The translations under genes and the position numbers were made by a program. Shown here one piece after another: positions 39,144 to 53,556 of a DNA stretch of 64,000 bases. A model generated the notes under the pieces. It saw nothing but the letters and a program-made list of their open reading frames with translations, searched no databases and was not told where the DNA came from. How positions within the stretch are numbered: position 1 is the stretch's first letter; each line of letters opens with the position of its first letter. The DNA lies in contig OX597831.1 in the NCBI GenBank assembly GCA_951406725.2, forward strand, positions 10,788,001-10,852,000, read 5' to 3'. Origin of the DNA: Octopus vulgaris (lineage: Eukaryota).

Positions 39144-40319
39144 GGGTCCTTGCGCCCCCTGATTTCATCGCTTGGCAAACGTGAACGATATAATGAGCAC
39201 CAGAATTTAAACTAAATACTGGGATCACTTATGTCCCTTTAAGGTTGATTTCCAGCATGGCCACAATCCAATGACCGAAGCAGGAAAGTATAAAATATAT
39301 ATCTAGTAGACAAAATCATGTCCTCACTTGTTACCCCGTTGCGTTTCGAAGATTTTATTTCAAGTGATTCAATATTTCTTTCTTAAATCCGTCTCCCCTT
39401 GTCTTGTATGGTCTGGAACAGCTTTCGGTAGGTGTTTGTATATCTCTTCCAATTAAGAGAAAAAGCGTTAAATAATTGCATATACCAATTAGTACTTTGA
39501 TCCTTAAGTGTTGTGTGTGTGCTTATATGTGCGCAGTATGTGTGTATGTGTGCGTGAGTGCGTGGGTGCAAGCGTGTGCTAATTTGGGAATTACTGCATT
39601 GAAGAAATTCCAGGGAAAAACAAGACATTTACGAATTCGTGTGCTTAATACAAAAAAATACAGTCAAATTGATTATAAACTTTCTTTTAAATAAGATCCC
39701 TCGTGTCACGAAACTAGGTGCTGAGACAGATTAGTTAAATAATTAACTTTTATTCACACTGCATTCCATGTGTACTCGCGTGTATATATGTATATATATA
39801 TATACTTTTTTTTTTTTTTTTTAAAGGTGTAGCGTTTGTAAGAGTCTAGATTGAATTGATATATCGGTTCCATTCTAGCAAAAACTGTCTGATGAACGGC
39901 AACGAGAAACTCAGAGTAACAGATTTTGTTGAATTTTCTGCTGCTTAAAATAAAGCATATTACTCTACCACTGGTATTTGAGTACTCTTTTTCCACCTTG
40001 TTTCACATTTATGTGTTTACTCCGGTATATATATATATATATATATATGATTGTGTATTCGTGTGCATCTATGTATATTCATACATAAGTGTGCGTGTGT
40101 GTGTGAAGACATATATATGTAAATATATACAGATGTATACGTTTATGCCAATAAATATGTGTATATATGTATGCATAATGTAATTGACTTTATGAATTTA
40201 GATGTGTATATATTTATACATATATACATGCATACACGTACATATATGCTTACATATGCATATGTATAAGTATGTATGTGTGTGTATGTTTTTGTATGTG
40301 TATGTATATGTATATATCC

Positions 40320-40626
40320 GTGATCACCGAGACCGACCAGGCTATCAAATGTTGCTACACATCGCTGGTCACAATGCGTTTCGCATTGTTTTTAACCTTC
40401 AAATGACGCCACCCCGCTGGCTAAGTGAGCAGGCCAACAGAAGAAAGAGTAAGAGAAAGTTGGGGCGAAAGAGTACAGCAGGTGTCACCACCACCCCTTG
40501 TCGGAGCCTCATCGAGCTTTAGGTGTTTTCGCTCAATAAATACTCACAACACCCGGTTTGGGAATCGAAACTGCGATCCTACGACCGCGAGTCCACTGCC
40601 CTAACCACTGGGCCATTGCGCCTCCA
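40320..40626 (-). mobile_element. SINE family C with a third type of 3' tail
   Basis: Head and body match 6270-6440. The tail at 40320-40440 matches the reverse complement of 59556-59670. Confidence 0.88.
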
Positions 40627-40637
40627 TATGTATATAC

Positions 40638-40669
<32 letters not shown>

Positions 40670-40670
40670 G

Positions 40671-40703
<33 letters not shown>

Positions 40704-41252
40704 TTACGTATGTATATATTTACGTATGCATGCATATATATATATATTTATATATACATATATGTGTGTGTGTGTATTGTATTTAAGCATCTTTCAATTT
40801 CTGTTCCCTCATTTATTTGCCTTACTCGAGTTACTCCCTAATTAATGACCTCACGTTGCTGTTTCAAATTGCAAATGTAATTTACCTCCAATGTGTATGT
40901 ACAGCGACAACTAATTGAAATGAATTAAAATGGGTTGAACTGCGACTGCGCAGTAATGTTCACTCCTTGCAGCAATATATCAGAAGCCATACCCTTTCGG
41001 CACGCTCTTCGAGTGCGGAGGAGATAAATTTTAGATTTACGACGTTTGCCCACTTGCACGCAGTAATTTATATTCATAGAAAAGTATTAATTCGTTTAAG
41101 CATGTCTTATAACATTCCAAGGAAAGATAAAATATTGAGCTACAGACCCCACATTGTTCTTCAATTATTATTATTATTAATGTTATTATTATTATTATTA
41201 TTATTAATTACGCTCTTGTCAATAGCCGGTATAATTGCATACATATATATAC

Positions 41253-41322
<70 letters not shown>

Positions 41323-41979
41323 CACTGTTTCTTATATATGATTCGCTCTTTCAGTTTGCGAGCTTTTCCTCTTAGATATTTACAATTGCATAGGAACGTA
41401 TACGAATATCTAATATGTATATATTTACATAAATTTACATATTGTAATTAACACATTGACAACTCACAAATTGATACACCGGAAGAATAGGCAATAAATT
41501 ATAGATGTGGTGTATAATTGTTAAATATATATATGAATATATATAAATGTCTATAAAAACACACACGCACATATATGTCTATATAAGATGGAGTTTAATC
41601 GTTGATTATATAGGCACAATTGTCGGACGATGTCGATTTGACAGCGACACTTAGAAAGTGTTTATATTGATTGCATTGTAGACATCTGAAGATATCGACT
41701 AGATCGATAGAGTTTACGTGAAAATCGATAAAGCCGGAACATACAACCTGAACATGTTGACTTGCCGTTAATAGAAGTCTATTAAATACCCTGAAATTGT
41801 CGATTCAATGGACACCACACGTGTATTTCAAAGTCGACCTTCTATAAAGATAGTTTATAAACAGCTAACTCGATCTTTAAGCACCAATTAAGCAATGTAC
41901 GTAAACGAATTATGCTCTGTGTAATATACCAGTAGCTGATTGTACCTTAAATGATATGCGTATGTATATATGTACCACC

Positions 41980-42058
<79 letters not shown>

Positions 42059-42594
42059 CCTTATCTATCTATCTATCAATCTATCTATCTTGTATGTGTG
42101 TGCGTATGTGCGTGTGTGTGTATACGTATGCATATATACGTACACACGTATACATTGAGTGTGTTAGAGAACATTAAATCAACCAGAATCTTCTGATGAG
42201 GAAAACGTGATTTAGCTTCGCGCATCTATAATAATTCGTGATATTCCATAAACATATGATATATGGAGCCACCCATGAGTTATCCGAAACAGCTGTAAAG
42301 ATAAGGTGGAAGAGGCGTGAGAGGCGGTGTATGTCGATTACATTGACAGAAGTGCTTCACTACTACTTATTTTATCGCCCCCAAAGTGATGAGAGTCAAA
42401 GTCGATCATGGAGGGATTTGAACACAGAACGTCAAGACGGACAAACTACCACTAAGCATTTTCCCCTGAGTACTAACGATTCTGCCACCTCGACACCTTT
42501 GACCCTCACGAACATTGAGATCTCACGTTTGGGTTTTTTCCTTATTATTCTAGATACATGCTACTGCTTTTTAAAAGTTGTGTGATGTGATAAT

Positions 42595-43300
42595 GAAGGA
42601 TGACCTGGATCTTGGACTCATCTGCAATGATTCTTATGTTGCTGTGCTTGATGATGTCAGTAATTTCATTGATGTAAATGATGAAAAGAAATGGGCCCAA
42701 CACAGTGCCTTGTCGAATACCATTGCTGAATTTGGCTGGGCTTGATTTGACTCCTTCGACTACAACATGTTGAGTTCTGCCTGTCAGGAAACACTTGATC
42801 CATTGTAGTATCATTCCGGAGACACCAATGCTGGATAGCTTTTTCAAAAGGATCTTATGATCCACCCTGTCAAAGGCCTCTCCCAAAGCTCTCAAAATGT
42901 CCAAGTGATGCAGGGACTGCATTAGGCAGTTATTTCCATTAAGGAACCCATGTTGGTTGGGGTTCAGCATTCTGTTGCTTGCAATAAAGTGGTCCATCCG
43001 TGGTCTTACCACCTTCTCAAATACATTGATAGCATGAGAGGTGAGCGAGATCGGCCGGTAATTAACTGCATGGAACGTGGTTCTCTTTTCGATATCTGGG
43101 ACAACTGAGAGGGTCAGAGAGTTTTCAGGAGTATAACCAGCATCCGGTGAATTCCTCCACAGATTAGCAAGAGGAGATGCAAGTTTGTGTCGACACACCT
43201 TCAGGGCACAAGCAGGAAGCTTATCAAGGGCCTACTGCTGAATTGTGTATTATTTCGTTTCTTGCCGCTAAGGTATCAGGGGCGTCAAACATTGCGTCCG
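42595..43300 (-). mobile_element. CR1/L2/Jockey-group LINE reverse transcriptase fragment
   Basis: ORF 42545-43198 contains NYRPISLTSH, NPNQHGF, AFDRVDH.ILLKKL, QGTVLGPFLFIIYIN and IADES (degenerate ADD). Has internal deletions. Confidence 0.92.
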
Positions 43301-43648
43301 ATATCGTGTGTTGTGGATTAATATCACTGATACAGTCCAGATCGGCCACATCAAGATTGCTAAAAGCAAAGCCGTAGTGAATTTGCAGTATTTAACTCAT
43401 ATGTCTTCGCATTATCTTGGAGAGTGCAATTTTCATCAACTAGAAGGCGAAAAGTGAAGACAGCGACCTTGTGTATTTTCGTAAAAAAGAATCATTGGAG
43501 CTGAGTTTGATTTTCTCAACGGCCCAATTCTCTTTCGCTGTTCTTTGCTTATAGCTGACGGTCTTCATGTATTGGTTGGAGGCTATATATATATTTTTAT
43601 TCGAGCAGGGTGTTAGCCGTTTGTTATATATAGAGAGATCTATGTATT

Positions 43649-43693
<45 letters not shown>

Positions 43694-43714
43694 GTACACA
43701 CGTATACACTATGT

Positions 43715-43753
<39 letters not shown>

Positions 43754-44310
43754 AACATATATATATATATTTATATATATATATATATATACATAAATAT
43801 ATATATGAACACACAAATATACACTATGTATATATATATATATGCGCGTGTGTGTGTATGTAACCTCACGTGCTTCTTTGTATGCTAGTGCGTGTGTGTG
43901 TGTGTGTGTCTGTGTGTGTGTATGTCTGTGTGTGTGTGTGTGCGTCTTACTACCACCTTTACACACACACACGCAAGATGAAATAATGTGCACATCTTTG
44001 TATCGTGTGACAGGGAAAGCACTTACTCTGCCGCGTTAGAGGAAGTAAACATGTATCTCTTTCATAATATAAGGAATTTCATGAATACAAAATTGAATCT
44101 AAATCTTTATAGAGGACGGCATGTTATATGAGGCGGTAATTGTGAAAGTATTGTAAAACAATCTGATTGTTATGTCAAAGAGGCACTGAAAAAGTTGAAG
44201 AAAATATTTGCTTGTGTCAAGGCCATGTCATAGAAATGGAAAATAGCAACTTAACTGAAAACCCTGATTTCACTCACTAGTATGAAACCAATTTCAATAT
44301 AAAACTGAAG

Positions 44311-44752
44311 GAGGCGCTGCGTTGGCTCGCCGGGAAAGATGTTAAGCAGCTTGTCGTCTGTCTTTATGTTCTGAGTTTAAATTCGGCTGAGGTCAACTTT
44401 GCCTGCCTTTTATCTTCGTGGGGTCAATAAAATATGTATCAGTTGATCACCGGGATCAATACCAATTTCTTTACTACCCACAAGGGGCTAAACATTGAGG
44501 GGACAAACAAGGACAGATAAAGGGATTAAGTCGATTACATCGACCCAGTGCGAAACTGGTACTTAATTTATCGACACCGAGAGGATGAAAAGCAAAGTCG
44601 ACCTCGGTTGAATTTGAACTCAGAACGTAGCGGCAGACGAAATACGGTTACGTATTTCGCCCGGCGTGCTAACGTTTCTGCCAGCTCACCGATATAATCG
44701 ACAACCCCCCTCTCCTCTGAAATTGCTGTTCTTGTGCCAAAGTTTGAACCCA
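44311..44752. mobile_element. SINE B (minus, 44461-44690) nested inside an older SINE B (plus, 44311-44460 and 44691-44752)
   Basis: The plus copy breaks at gggatcaat and resumes at gatataatcgac..cttgtgccaaagtttgaa after the inverted copy. Confidence 0.85.
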
Positions 44753-45164
44753 ATGATTAACTTTAGGGATTAGTAAGTTTTTTTTTATCGAAATCATGTT
44801 TGATCATTTTTAATAATATTCTGGTAATATAGATCGGTTTATTAAATATGGAACTTCATAAACACACCTTACTAGCATACAGGTGGTAGTGATATTACAT
44901 AAATCCATGATTGGAAATAGGTATGTAAAACAACAGTAACGGTTCAAGACAAGGCTTTCGAACGCTGAAGGGTCGAGAAATGTCTATCCATTCTGACCCT
45001 ATCTTCAGCATCCTAAATACTGACATTTATCAGTTTAGGGACAGTAACCGAAAAACAATATATGTAACAGGTTCAATGTTCTACTGCATTTGTTTTTGTT
45101 TTTCTTTCGAATTGAAACCTTTATTTTATCAGTATTTTCTCTCCATCCATCATTTCCACTCACT

Positions 45165-45480
45165 ATTCTCGAGGTTGGGGGGTCATGAAGGATAGAATCG
45201 TCACGCGTCCTCTCCACGGGGTTCTACCAAAAGGAACCGTCCGATTAGATTTTATAAGTGTGACCAACTCAGACTGTAGATCCAACCATTTCGTTCTTGG
45301 TCTACCTCCAGGTCTCCTACCATTTGGCTCGGGGTGCAGAATCCGTCTTGCGATCCTTCCATCCAGCATTCTAATCACATTTCCGGAGAAGTAGTGACTC
45401 GACTCGGAAAGATTCCATGATCTTCCAGCTACGCCCTGCGTCGTCCAGTATCGTATATCCGGAGATCATTCAGTGGAACG
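45165..45480 (-). mobile_element. RTE-clade LINE 3' fragment
   Basis: ORF 45163-45378 reads IRMLDGRIARRILHPEPNGRRPGGRPRTKWLD, typical of the RTE ORF C-terminus. Confidence 0.75.
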
Positions 45481-46449
45481 GCTTTTCACCTCTTTCTATT
45501 AGTGACTCACTCTTTCTGAGTATTTATAATAATATTAGAGAAATCTCTAGGGTATCCTTTTCCTTTTAAGAATTAGGTCCAGTCTCTACCCTTTCTATTT
45601 CTCTGCTACTTTATGTTTCTGGTTTAGAACATTAACACAAACCTCTAAACCTAAAACGGAAGAAAGGCACGAAATACTTGTTTGATGCTTAATTGTCCAC
45701 GAGGGAGCCCTCTACGTAGCAGTTTGAATGCTATAACTAACAATCAAAATCCATTAAATCTCTTCATACCCCATACTATAAAAAATACAATGACGAATGT
45801 ACTCCTAGATTTACAAACATGTTGGGATTGCCACAACTGGAACGTCTTATTTTATTAACATACGAAGATGTGTATCCCAATCAGCTTTTACAGGATTTCA
45901 ACTGAGTGGTTTGTTCTCCGTGGCGATTTAACATTTGAAACTTCAACATAAATAGCAAAAGTTTAATGTAACTAAACCACAACTTTCTCTTATCAACCAT
46001 CTACCACTCTTTTACCTCATATAAATTGAAAATAAAACCATTAAATTATTCAGCACACATATGCTTCTGTGTATATTGATAAATTAAAATCGCTATTATA
46101 AGATTTTTTACATAAATTCATTTCCGGATATTTTCTGCCAATGTTTATGCCATTATATATTCACAGTGTATAATTTGACCAATAAATATTATTTATGCAT
46201 GCATACTAGCATTAATGCGCTTTGGAAATATAAACTATATGAGTAATTGCCCTCTTTCATTATCGAATGATTTTTGCATATTAAGTTTTGCATTAAACTT
46301 ATAATATCTTAAACTCATATTTAGAAATCAATTAATTAATATATTAATTCGATATATTTTTTTTAATATCTCATTTTTTTTTTCTTTTCGACTGTTTTGT
46401 GATTCCAAATTTCTAACTGAATCAATTGCTTTTCCAACACTAACTATGC

Positions 46450-46605
46450 ACATTATTTACATTTGACGGATATTTGTCCGCATCTTATTTGTTGGTAACA
46501 CAACGTTTCGGCGGATATACCTTCCAGCCTTCATCAGGTGTCTAGGGGAAATTTCAAACATGGGTTCTCATTCCTAAGATATGTTTCCGATATTGTTATT
46601 ATTAT
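46450..46605 (-). mobile_element. Hammerhead-bearing tail of the element at 10500-10850
   Basis: cttaggaatgagaaccca..gacacctgatgaaggctggaaggtatatccgccgaaacgttgtgtt..aagatgcggacaaatatccgtcaaatgtaaataatgt aligns with 10712-10847. Confidence 0.8.
46497..46542 (-). ncRNA. Minimal type I hammerhead ribozyme motif with canonical core
   Basis: GACAC-CUGAUGA-A-GGCUGG-AAGGUAUA-UCCGCC-GAA-ACGU-U-GUGUU: 5-bp stem I, stem II with one mismatch, palindromic ACGU stem III and a GUU triplet. Confidence 0.75.
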
Positions 46606-48105
46606 TTTTTTTTTCCTCTTTCAAATTTGCTTCCATTTCTTGCCGAGTGTCTTGCCGATTCCTAGGGCGAAGAAACTCATAGTATGCATTGGTAGGCCAT
46701 TAAACTAAACTCAATAGTTCGTTCATTTTTTTTTAAAGTTAAATTAAAATACATGGGTAGTAATAGTTCTCACAGCGACAATGCTCTTCTCAATAGTGTG
46801 ATGTACCAGTTAAGACAATCTTTTGCACTTCTTGCAGGGATGGTAAGCCAGGGATCATTCTCATATAATTTTCGGTTCCCTTCTTGATCATTCCTAGTGC
46901 TCCTACGATCACTGGTATTGTAACCGCCTTGAGATGCCACAGTTTCTCAATTTCAATGAGCAGGACGTGATATTTTCTGAGCTTGTCAAACTCTTTCGCC
47001 GAGATATTATGATCACAGGGGATGCTCATGTCGATCAATAAGCAAACTTTATTGTTTTGGTCTTTCACAAAAATATCTGGTTTATTGGCTTTGATGGTTC
47101 GGTCTGTACTGGAAAGTCCCACAGAATCGTTACATTTTCTCCTTCAGTTACAGCTTCAGGGTGGTGATTATACCACTTGTCGGCAGTTTTGATATTGTAA
47201 TGCCGACTTATTAGCCAGTGTAGATATTGGCCAACTCTGTCATGTCTTAATTTATACTCCACTGGTGCTAAGACTTTACATCTAGAGATTAGGTGGTTCA
47301 CTGTTTCAATCATGTCGTTGCAGAATCGGCATTTTGGATCTGCTCCATTTTTCATCACATTGGCCTGGTAGTTCCGGGTTAATAGACTTTGATCTTAAGC
47401 AGCCAGGATGAAACCTTTGCTCTCTGCTTTTAGCCCTGAGCTCCGTAGCCACTGATGGGTTTGCTTCTGGTCAACATCAGCTTGTTTGCTGCGGGCCACA
47501 TATTTGCCGTGCAGAGGTTTCTCCTCCCACCTATCAGCCAATTGCTCATGCGCTTTTTTCGTTGCCATTATTTTCACCTTCTTTGCAACAATAGTTGCCG
47601 TACTTCCCTCGGGTTGTTCAGTTTGGGTATCCTGCACGAGATCAATAGCAAATTTTTTGCTTTCCTTGATGATAGAATGAAGCTTCTTTCGTCTCTCGTG
47701 ATTTTCCACGAGCTTTAGCATCCAGTCATTCGATATTTCGAGATATTTGGCCAGTCCAATTGTGGTCGTTTTGTAAGCTAGTTCAAATTGGATCAGGCCT
47801 CGACCTCCTTGGGCTCTGGGAAGGTAAAGGCGATCTACGTCTGCCTTTGGCGGTGCATCCTATTACAACTCAGCACCTTGCGTATTTTCCTATCTATATT
47901 CTTTACTTCACTCATATTCCAGTTCAACACATTGTAGCTATAAGTAACAACTGGAACTGCTAAAGAATTTATAGCTAACACCTTGTTACGTGCATTTAGT
48001 TCAGATTTCAGGACTGCACGAACCCTCCTATAACATTCCTTCCTGATCTTCTCTTTCATGCTTGCATGCTGAATACCAGAGCCTTCATTTATCCCTAAAT
48101 ATTTG
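46606..48105 (-). mobile_element. 5'-truncated Dong/R4-like LINE (post-RT region, CCHC knuckle, RLE, 3' UTR), lightly frameshifted
   Basis: ORFs 47835-48059 (ECYRRVRAVLKSELNARNK), 47395-47721 (KPLHGKY..WLRSSGLKAE), 47065-47358 (CRFC..ETVNHLISRC..RHD) and 46790-47122 (NKPDI..LIDMSIP..KY..PVIVGALG). Confidence 0.93.
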
Positions 48106-48109
48106 TATG

Positions 48110-48140
<31 letters not shown>

Positions 48141-48141
<1 letters not shown>

Positions 48142-48270
48142 GAGCGAGAGAGCAGTTCATGCCATCAAAGTGACACTGGGGTAAAATATACGAAGCCCAA
48201 TATACCCATCATACCTACCCGTCTGATAAAGGTACACCAGGCACATGCATCACAACCATATGTGCGCGAC
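48141..48270 (-). mobile_element. Family X 3' terminal fragment between two (ATT)n tracts
   Basis: Homologous to 1-70 and 14502-14627. (ATT)n at 48113-48140 and 48271-48345. Confidence 0.85.
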
Positions 48271-48336
<66 letters not shown>

Positions 48337-48844
48337 CATTATTATCACTGCTTGGTATGTATATATGTATTATGTATGCATGCACGTATTGCGAGATTCT
48401 GCGCATCAAATCCCACTGAAGGGGCCATAATGAAAGGCAAATCTCTAAAATACCTAACAATCATCCTGAACGATTAATTGAAGCAGAAGGACCCTGTCGA
48501 TGGAAACTGCACATTTTAACCACACGCCCCCACTCACCCCACTCACCCCTACCACAATCATACCCCCAGAACAGACAAACGTAGGTGTTTATATGCACCT
48601 TTAACAAATACTCTGAATTTCAACAGTATTATTTTGTTCGAAGTGCAGTGACAAATGAATCCAAAGTATCTTTTTGATATCGACCTGGTAGAATTTCTTT
48701 CTCACATTGCGAACGAATCTTTACATATTTCTTCTAAGTATGAGATTAGAGCGAAGCCGGTTCGAAATAAGAAATTGCATCGTCCTGCTCCGGTGTCACA
48801 ATTTGTTTCTTCATAAATACATACATACATACATACATATATAC

Positions 48845-48917
<73 letters not shown>

Positions 48918-49807
48918 TTCCTGAGCGTCCAATAATACTTTATTTGTTCCACGTACTTATATATATATATTATATATATATATACATAAATGTACGTATA
49001 TGTAAATACATATACATACATATATATATAATAAAATTTATGTGTATGGATGTGTGTATGTATCTGACTCCCTTCCTTTATCTTTCTCTCTCTCCCCCAC
49101 TCTCTCTCTCTAGACATTTATGTATATATATATATATATATACAAATATAAACATATGTATATGTGCATGTATGTAGCTAAATATATCTATATCTATATC
49201 TATCTATCTATCTATCTATCTATCCCTCTCTATATATATATATATGTATATGTATATATATATTTATGTATGTGTGTATGTATGTATGTATGTATTATGT
49301 GTGTAGGTACGTATGCATGTATGTATGCATGTATGTATGTAGATATGTATGAAGTTTTGTTCATCGTCTTTTACCAATAAAATGTATCTCATGTGTATGT
49401 ATATTGGTCGCTGTGTGTTACTGTGTCTCTTTTTTATTTATTTCCTCCTTCGACTGGAATTTGTCATTTCATTGTCATCGATTACTTTAGTTGAAATTTT
49501 TCAAACTGAAGTTTTATGGACACCGTGGTGATGAGTTTTATTAGATTCTACGTTTTATTATATTGAACATAAGTTGATTTATGCATTAATATACATATAC
49601 ATACATACACATATATGAATATATATGTGTGTGTGTGTCACGGTATGTTTATATATATATATATATGTATGTATGTATATATATATATGAATGTATTTAA
49701 AGGGATAGAGAGACGTTATATATACGACTTTAAATATTATTGTATGTATTCATTTAGATAGCTATATACAGACATATATGTATATATGTATGTTTATGTA
49801 TATCGAC

Positions 49808-49872
<65 letters not shown>

Positions 49873-50889
49873 GTCATACATATTGAGATATAAATATAGA
49901 AGAGCATGTTTTTTGTGTGTGTCTATATTTGGCTATAACTAAATATACGATATACATGCATGTCCACATATATAAACACAAGTACACACACACACACACG
50001 CGTATATATGTATATTATGTTATTTTTTATTAGCTGTTGTAGTGGTCGCAGACAGTGATGTGAAATAATAGAGTAAGATAAAACTTTATAGATTGGCTAT
50101 ATTTCGTGTTGCATTATAGCAATAGGTGGTATTGTCTTCGATACAGTGTTGTGTTTTGAGTGCTTCCATGTTTCCAATATCGTTATTCGTCAAGGGTGTA
50201 ACATTATTCCAATCATTCTATATATTTCCATGTTAACAGCACGAAATGTTTTTTCTTACATATATATATATTTATATATATATATATATATATAATCATT
50301 TCATGTGCGGACGTCTCCACCTAGCAGCACACACACTGTAGATGTAAATATATCGGCGAAATGGTTGCATGATTGTCGGTCAGCTAAGCTGAAACAGATC
50401 TATATAGCATGGAGCTGATCGATTGATGTCTTAGAAGCAGCCACCAGTTCCGATAATCCAAACGTACTGCTATAAGATTTCTAATAAATTGGTTTCGGTT
50501 GAAACCCATCGTTTGTTTGGCTTTCTAGTGGTGGCCATCTCCACTGTTTGCATTGGGATGCATACTGATTCTGATATTTAGAGGGCTTAATAATTATGAT
50601 GTTTCTTTTGAAACATGTATTAATGGCACTGTTTTTACTAGCATCAGTGAACAGGATTTAGACGAATTAACAAAAGCGGTTTAAATGTGGCCATCCCCTT
50701 TGGTATAAGTACGATTATTATGCCCCACGTGATGTTTAGAGTTTGAGAGAGATGTAGCTGCCGTTTCATTGGCTCGGAAAATTGTTGATAACTAGTATGA
50801 CGAAATTAGTGTCTAGCCAAATCAGAAACTTCGACATAGTAACTCAATCATCTACCAGCTTATCCTATGGGTAATGTCCGGATTTTAAA

Positions 50890-51270
50890 TAGGTGCAGGC
50901 GTGGCTATGTGGGACGTAGCTTGCTTACCAACCACATGGATCTAGGTTCAGTCCCACTACGTGGCACCTTGGGCAAGTGTCTTCTACTATAGCCCCGGGC
51001 CGACCAAAGCATTGATAGTGGATATGGTAGAAGGAAACTGAAAGAAGCCCGTTGTATATATGTGTGTGTGTATTTGTCTCTCCACCATCGCTTGACAACC
51101 ATTGTTGGTGTGGTTACATCCCCGTAACTTATCGGTTCGGCAAAAGAGACTGCTAGAAAAAATACTACGCTTACAAAGAATAAATCCTGGAGTCGATTTG
51201 CTCGGCCAAAGGCGGCGCTGCAGCATGGCCGGAGTCAAATGACTGAAACAAGTAAAAGTAAGCAAAAGAG
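50890..51270 (+). mobile_element. SINE family A
   Basis: Matches 38670-39083. Confidence 0.9.
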
Positions 51271-51299
51271 AGAAAAACAAGTGATCAAATCTTACATTT

Positions 51300-52419
51300 T
51301 AATGAAGCTTAATCGTCAATAGGGTTTCCATGGTTATCTATGACATCTTTCCATCTACTCGTAAGATTTTTAATCCCATTATTTAAAAACTCTTTCGGTT
51401 TCAAAAAGAACCCTGAAAGGTCAGTTTGGACTTCCTCGGTTGTTTCTAGACGTAATCCATCCAAAATGATTCCGTAAATTATGGAACAGATGGTAATAGG
51501 AAAGAACAAGGTCTGGAAAATAAGGCGGATGAGCAATTTTCTCCTAGCCAAGTTTCTTGATATTCTACGACGTGATCTTTGCAGTGTGGCGTCTTGTATT
51601 GTCTAAGGAAAACGCTACTCCCATTCTATTCACTAAAGCAGACCCTTTTTTTCTCAAAGCAGCGGTCAAACGCGCTAAATGCTGACAGCGGATTTCGGCA
51701 TTGATTGTCGCATTAGCTGATAGAAACTCAAAGTGGATGACTCCTTGGCAATCCCACCTGAGAGAAGAAGCTTTTTCACATGGTGTTCCTTCTTAGGGTG
51801 CGGTTGGGCTTTTCCTCCTTCACCAAGAAGGGCGAGATGTGTTCACAAGAACGAAGAGAAGAGCAGATGTCCACTCATGATTTGCGGTTGACTTCAGACA
51901 AATCGTGAGGCACCCATTTTCTGAGTTTTGGGACCTTTCCAAACTGTTGAAGATGGTGATGGACAGTAGGATAACTTGAACGAATCTTTACCAGTTCTTC
52001 AACTGAAACCGCAGGGACTTTTTCAAGTTATTCCAAAAGGAACCTGTCATCAAACTCAAGTGAACGTCCCTCATCTTCAAGGCTGAAATCTCCACTTCTG
52101 AATTTTACAAAACCATCTTTCATTCAGGCACCCTTCTTCATAAATTGAGTGAATATTTCCAGTCACTGCAGCTGCAGAGTTCCCTTTTTTAAAACTCATA
52201 AGGCATTAGGTGGCTCAAATGTTCCTTAAACACTTCCAAGTTTCAAGAGCTGTAATTAGAGAAATTTCCATTAGATTTATCTGCAAAATAACAATTACTT
52301 AGTAATACCCAGATATACACAAACATCACTTGATGCCATTAGACATTCTAAAATACGGTTAAAGCGTTTACAAATTTAAAATATAGAAGTCTGAACGTTA
52401 CTTATAGGATGACCTGATA
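51300..52419 (-). mobile_element. Mariner transposon remnant
   Basis: Contains KLRKWVPHD (about 51902-51928), HPPYFPDLVLSYYHLF (YSPDLAPSD motif) and C-terminal EFLNNGIKNLTSRWKDVIDNHG. TIR-like ttatcaggtcatcctataagtaacgttc at about 52393-52420. Confidence 0.88.
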
Positions 52420-53255
52420 ATTTATAAGTAACCAGGCACCTGAAATCCCACCTTATCATCTTAAAATAAGTGAAGCTCCTATCACTTACGACTGACCTTG
52501 TTCGAAACCTTAACAAGTACCTCGACAGTAACTACGAGATTGAACTTTCTGCACAGACGTTCCTCCACTAATTTGACCCAACTGTTGAAGCTGTTAGTGT
52601 TCAGCTCCAAATTAGGCTTAATCGAACAGATATTTGAGCAAACGTATTCCAATCATGACTATCCTGTCTTTACCTGGAGTATTTTAATTTTCTAAGACTT
52701 TATGATGTAATATGAAGGAATTTCACTTATATTACTAATGCATTGACAGACTCCGTGGAGGCTACCTGAACAGTTCATCGTCCGCTACAGATTTCATTAT
52801 TTCTAGTAATGTTGTTGTGTAAAGTAATTTAAAAAAATAAAATGTGGCTTCTTTGTTTGTGTAAAGAAGTGTTGTTAGCGAATCTACGTTTTCAATAAAT
52901 AAAATCATTGATTCACGTGAAGATAACGTCACTTGATTCTATTATATTTACTGGGAGAAAGAAAACACAAGCGACAACAACAACAATAACAACAATCACA
53001 CCTACAAAAACAACAACGATAATAAAAAATATTTGCTGCTTACTGTGCAAGAGAAATATAAATCAATGAATCGATAACCAGTAAATATGTTATTATAAGC
53101 AATTGTGTAAAATAAATTATTATGAGACAATTTAACTTAGAAAAGTATATAGAAAGAAAACAAAGCTTCGTTGTTTCTAAAGTAGAGTTCCCTGGCAAAT
53201 CTTCTGTTGCAAAATAAACTTGGAAGAAAATTAAGAAAGCTGAATAATGCTTATA

Positions 53256-53556
<301 letters not shown>

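Noticed and set aside
42193-42215. CTGATGAG motif (also CTGATGA at about 5923 and 14584)
   Set aside because: No stem II plus GAAA plus NUH arrangement; expected by chance or part of family X.
52590-52770. Suspected very old dispersed repeat (similar patches near 3080-3260, 34150-34360, 45700-45890, 62260-62440)
   Set aside because: Similarity too low to delimit or verify by eye.
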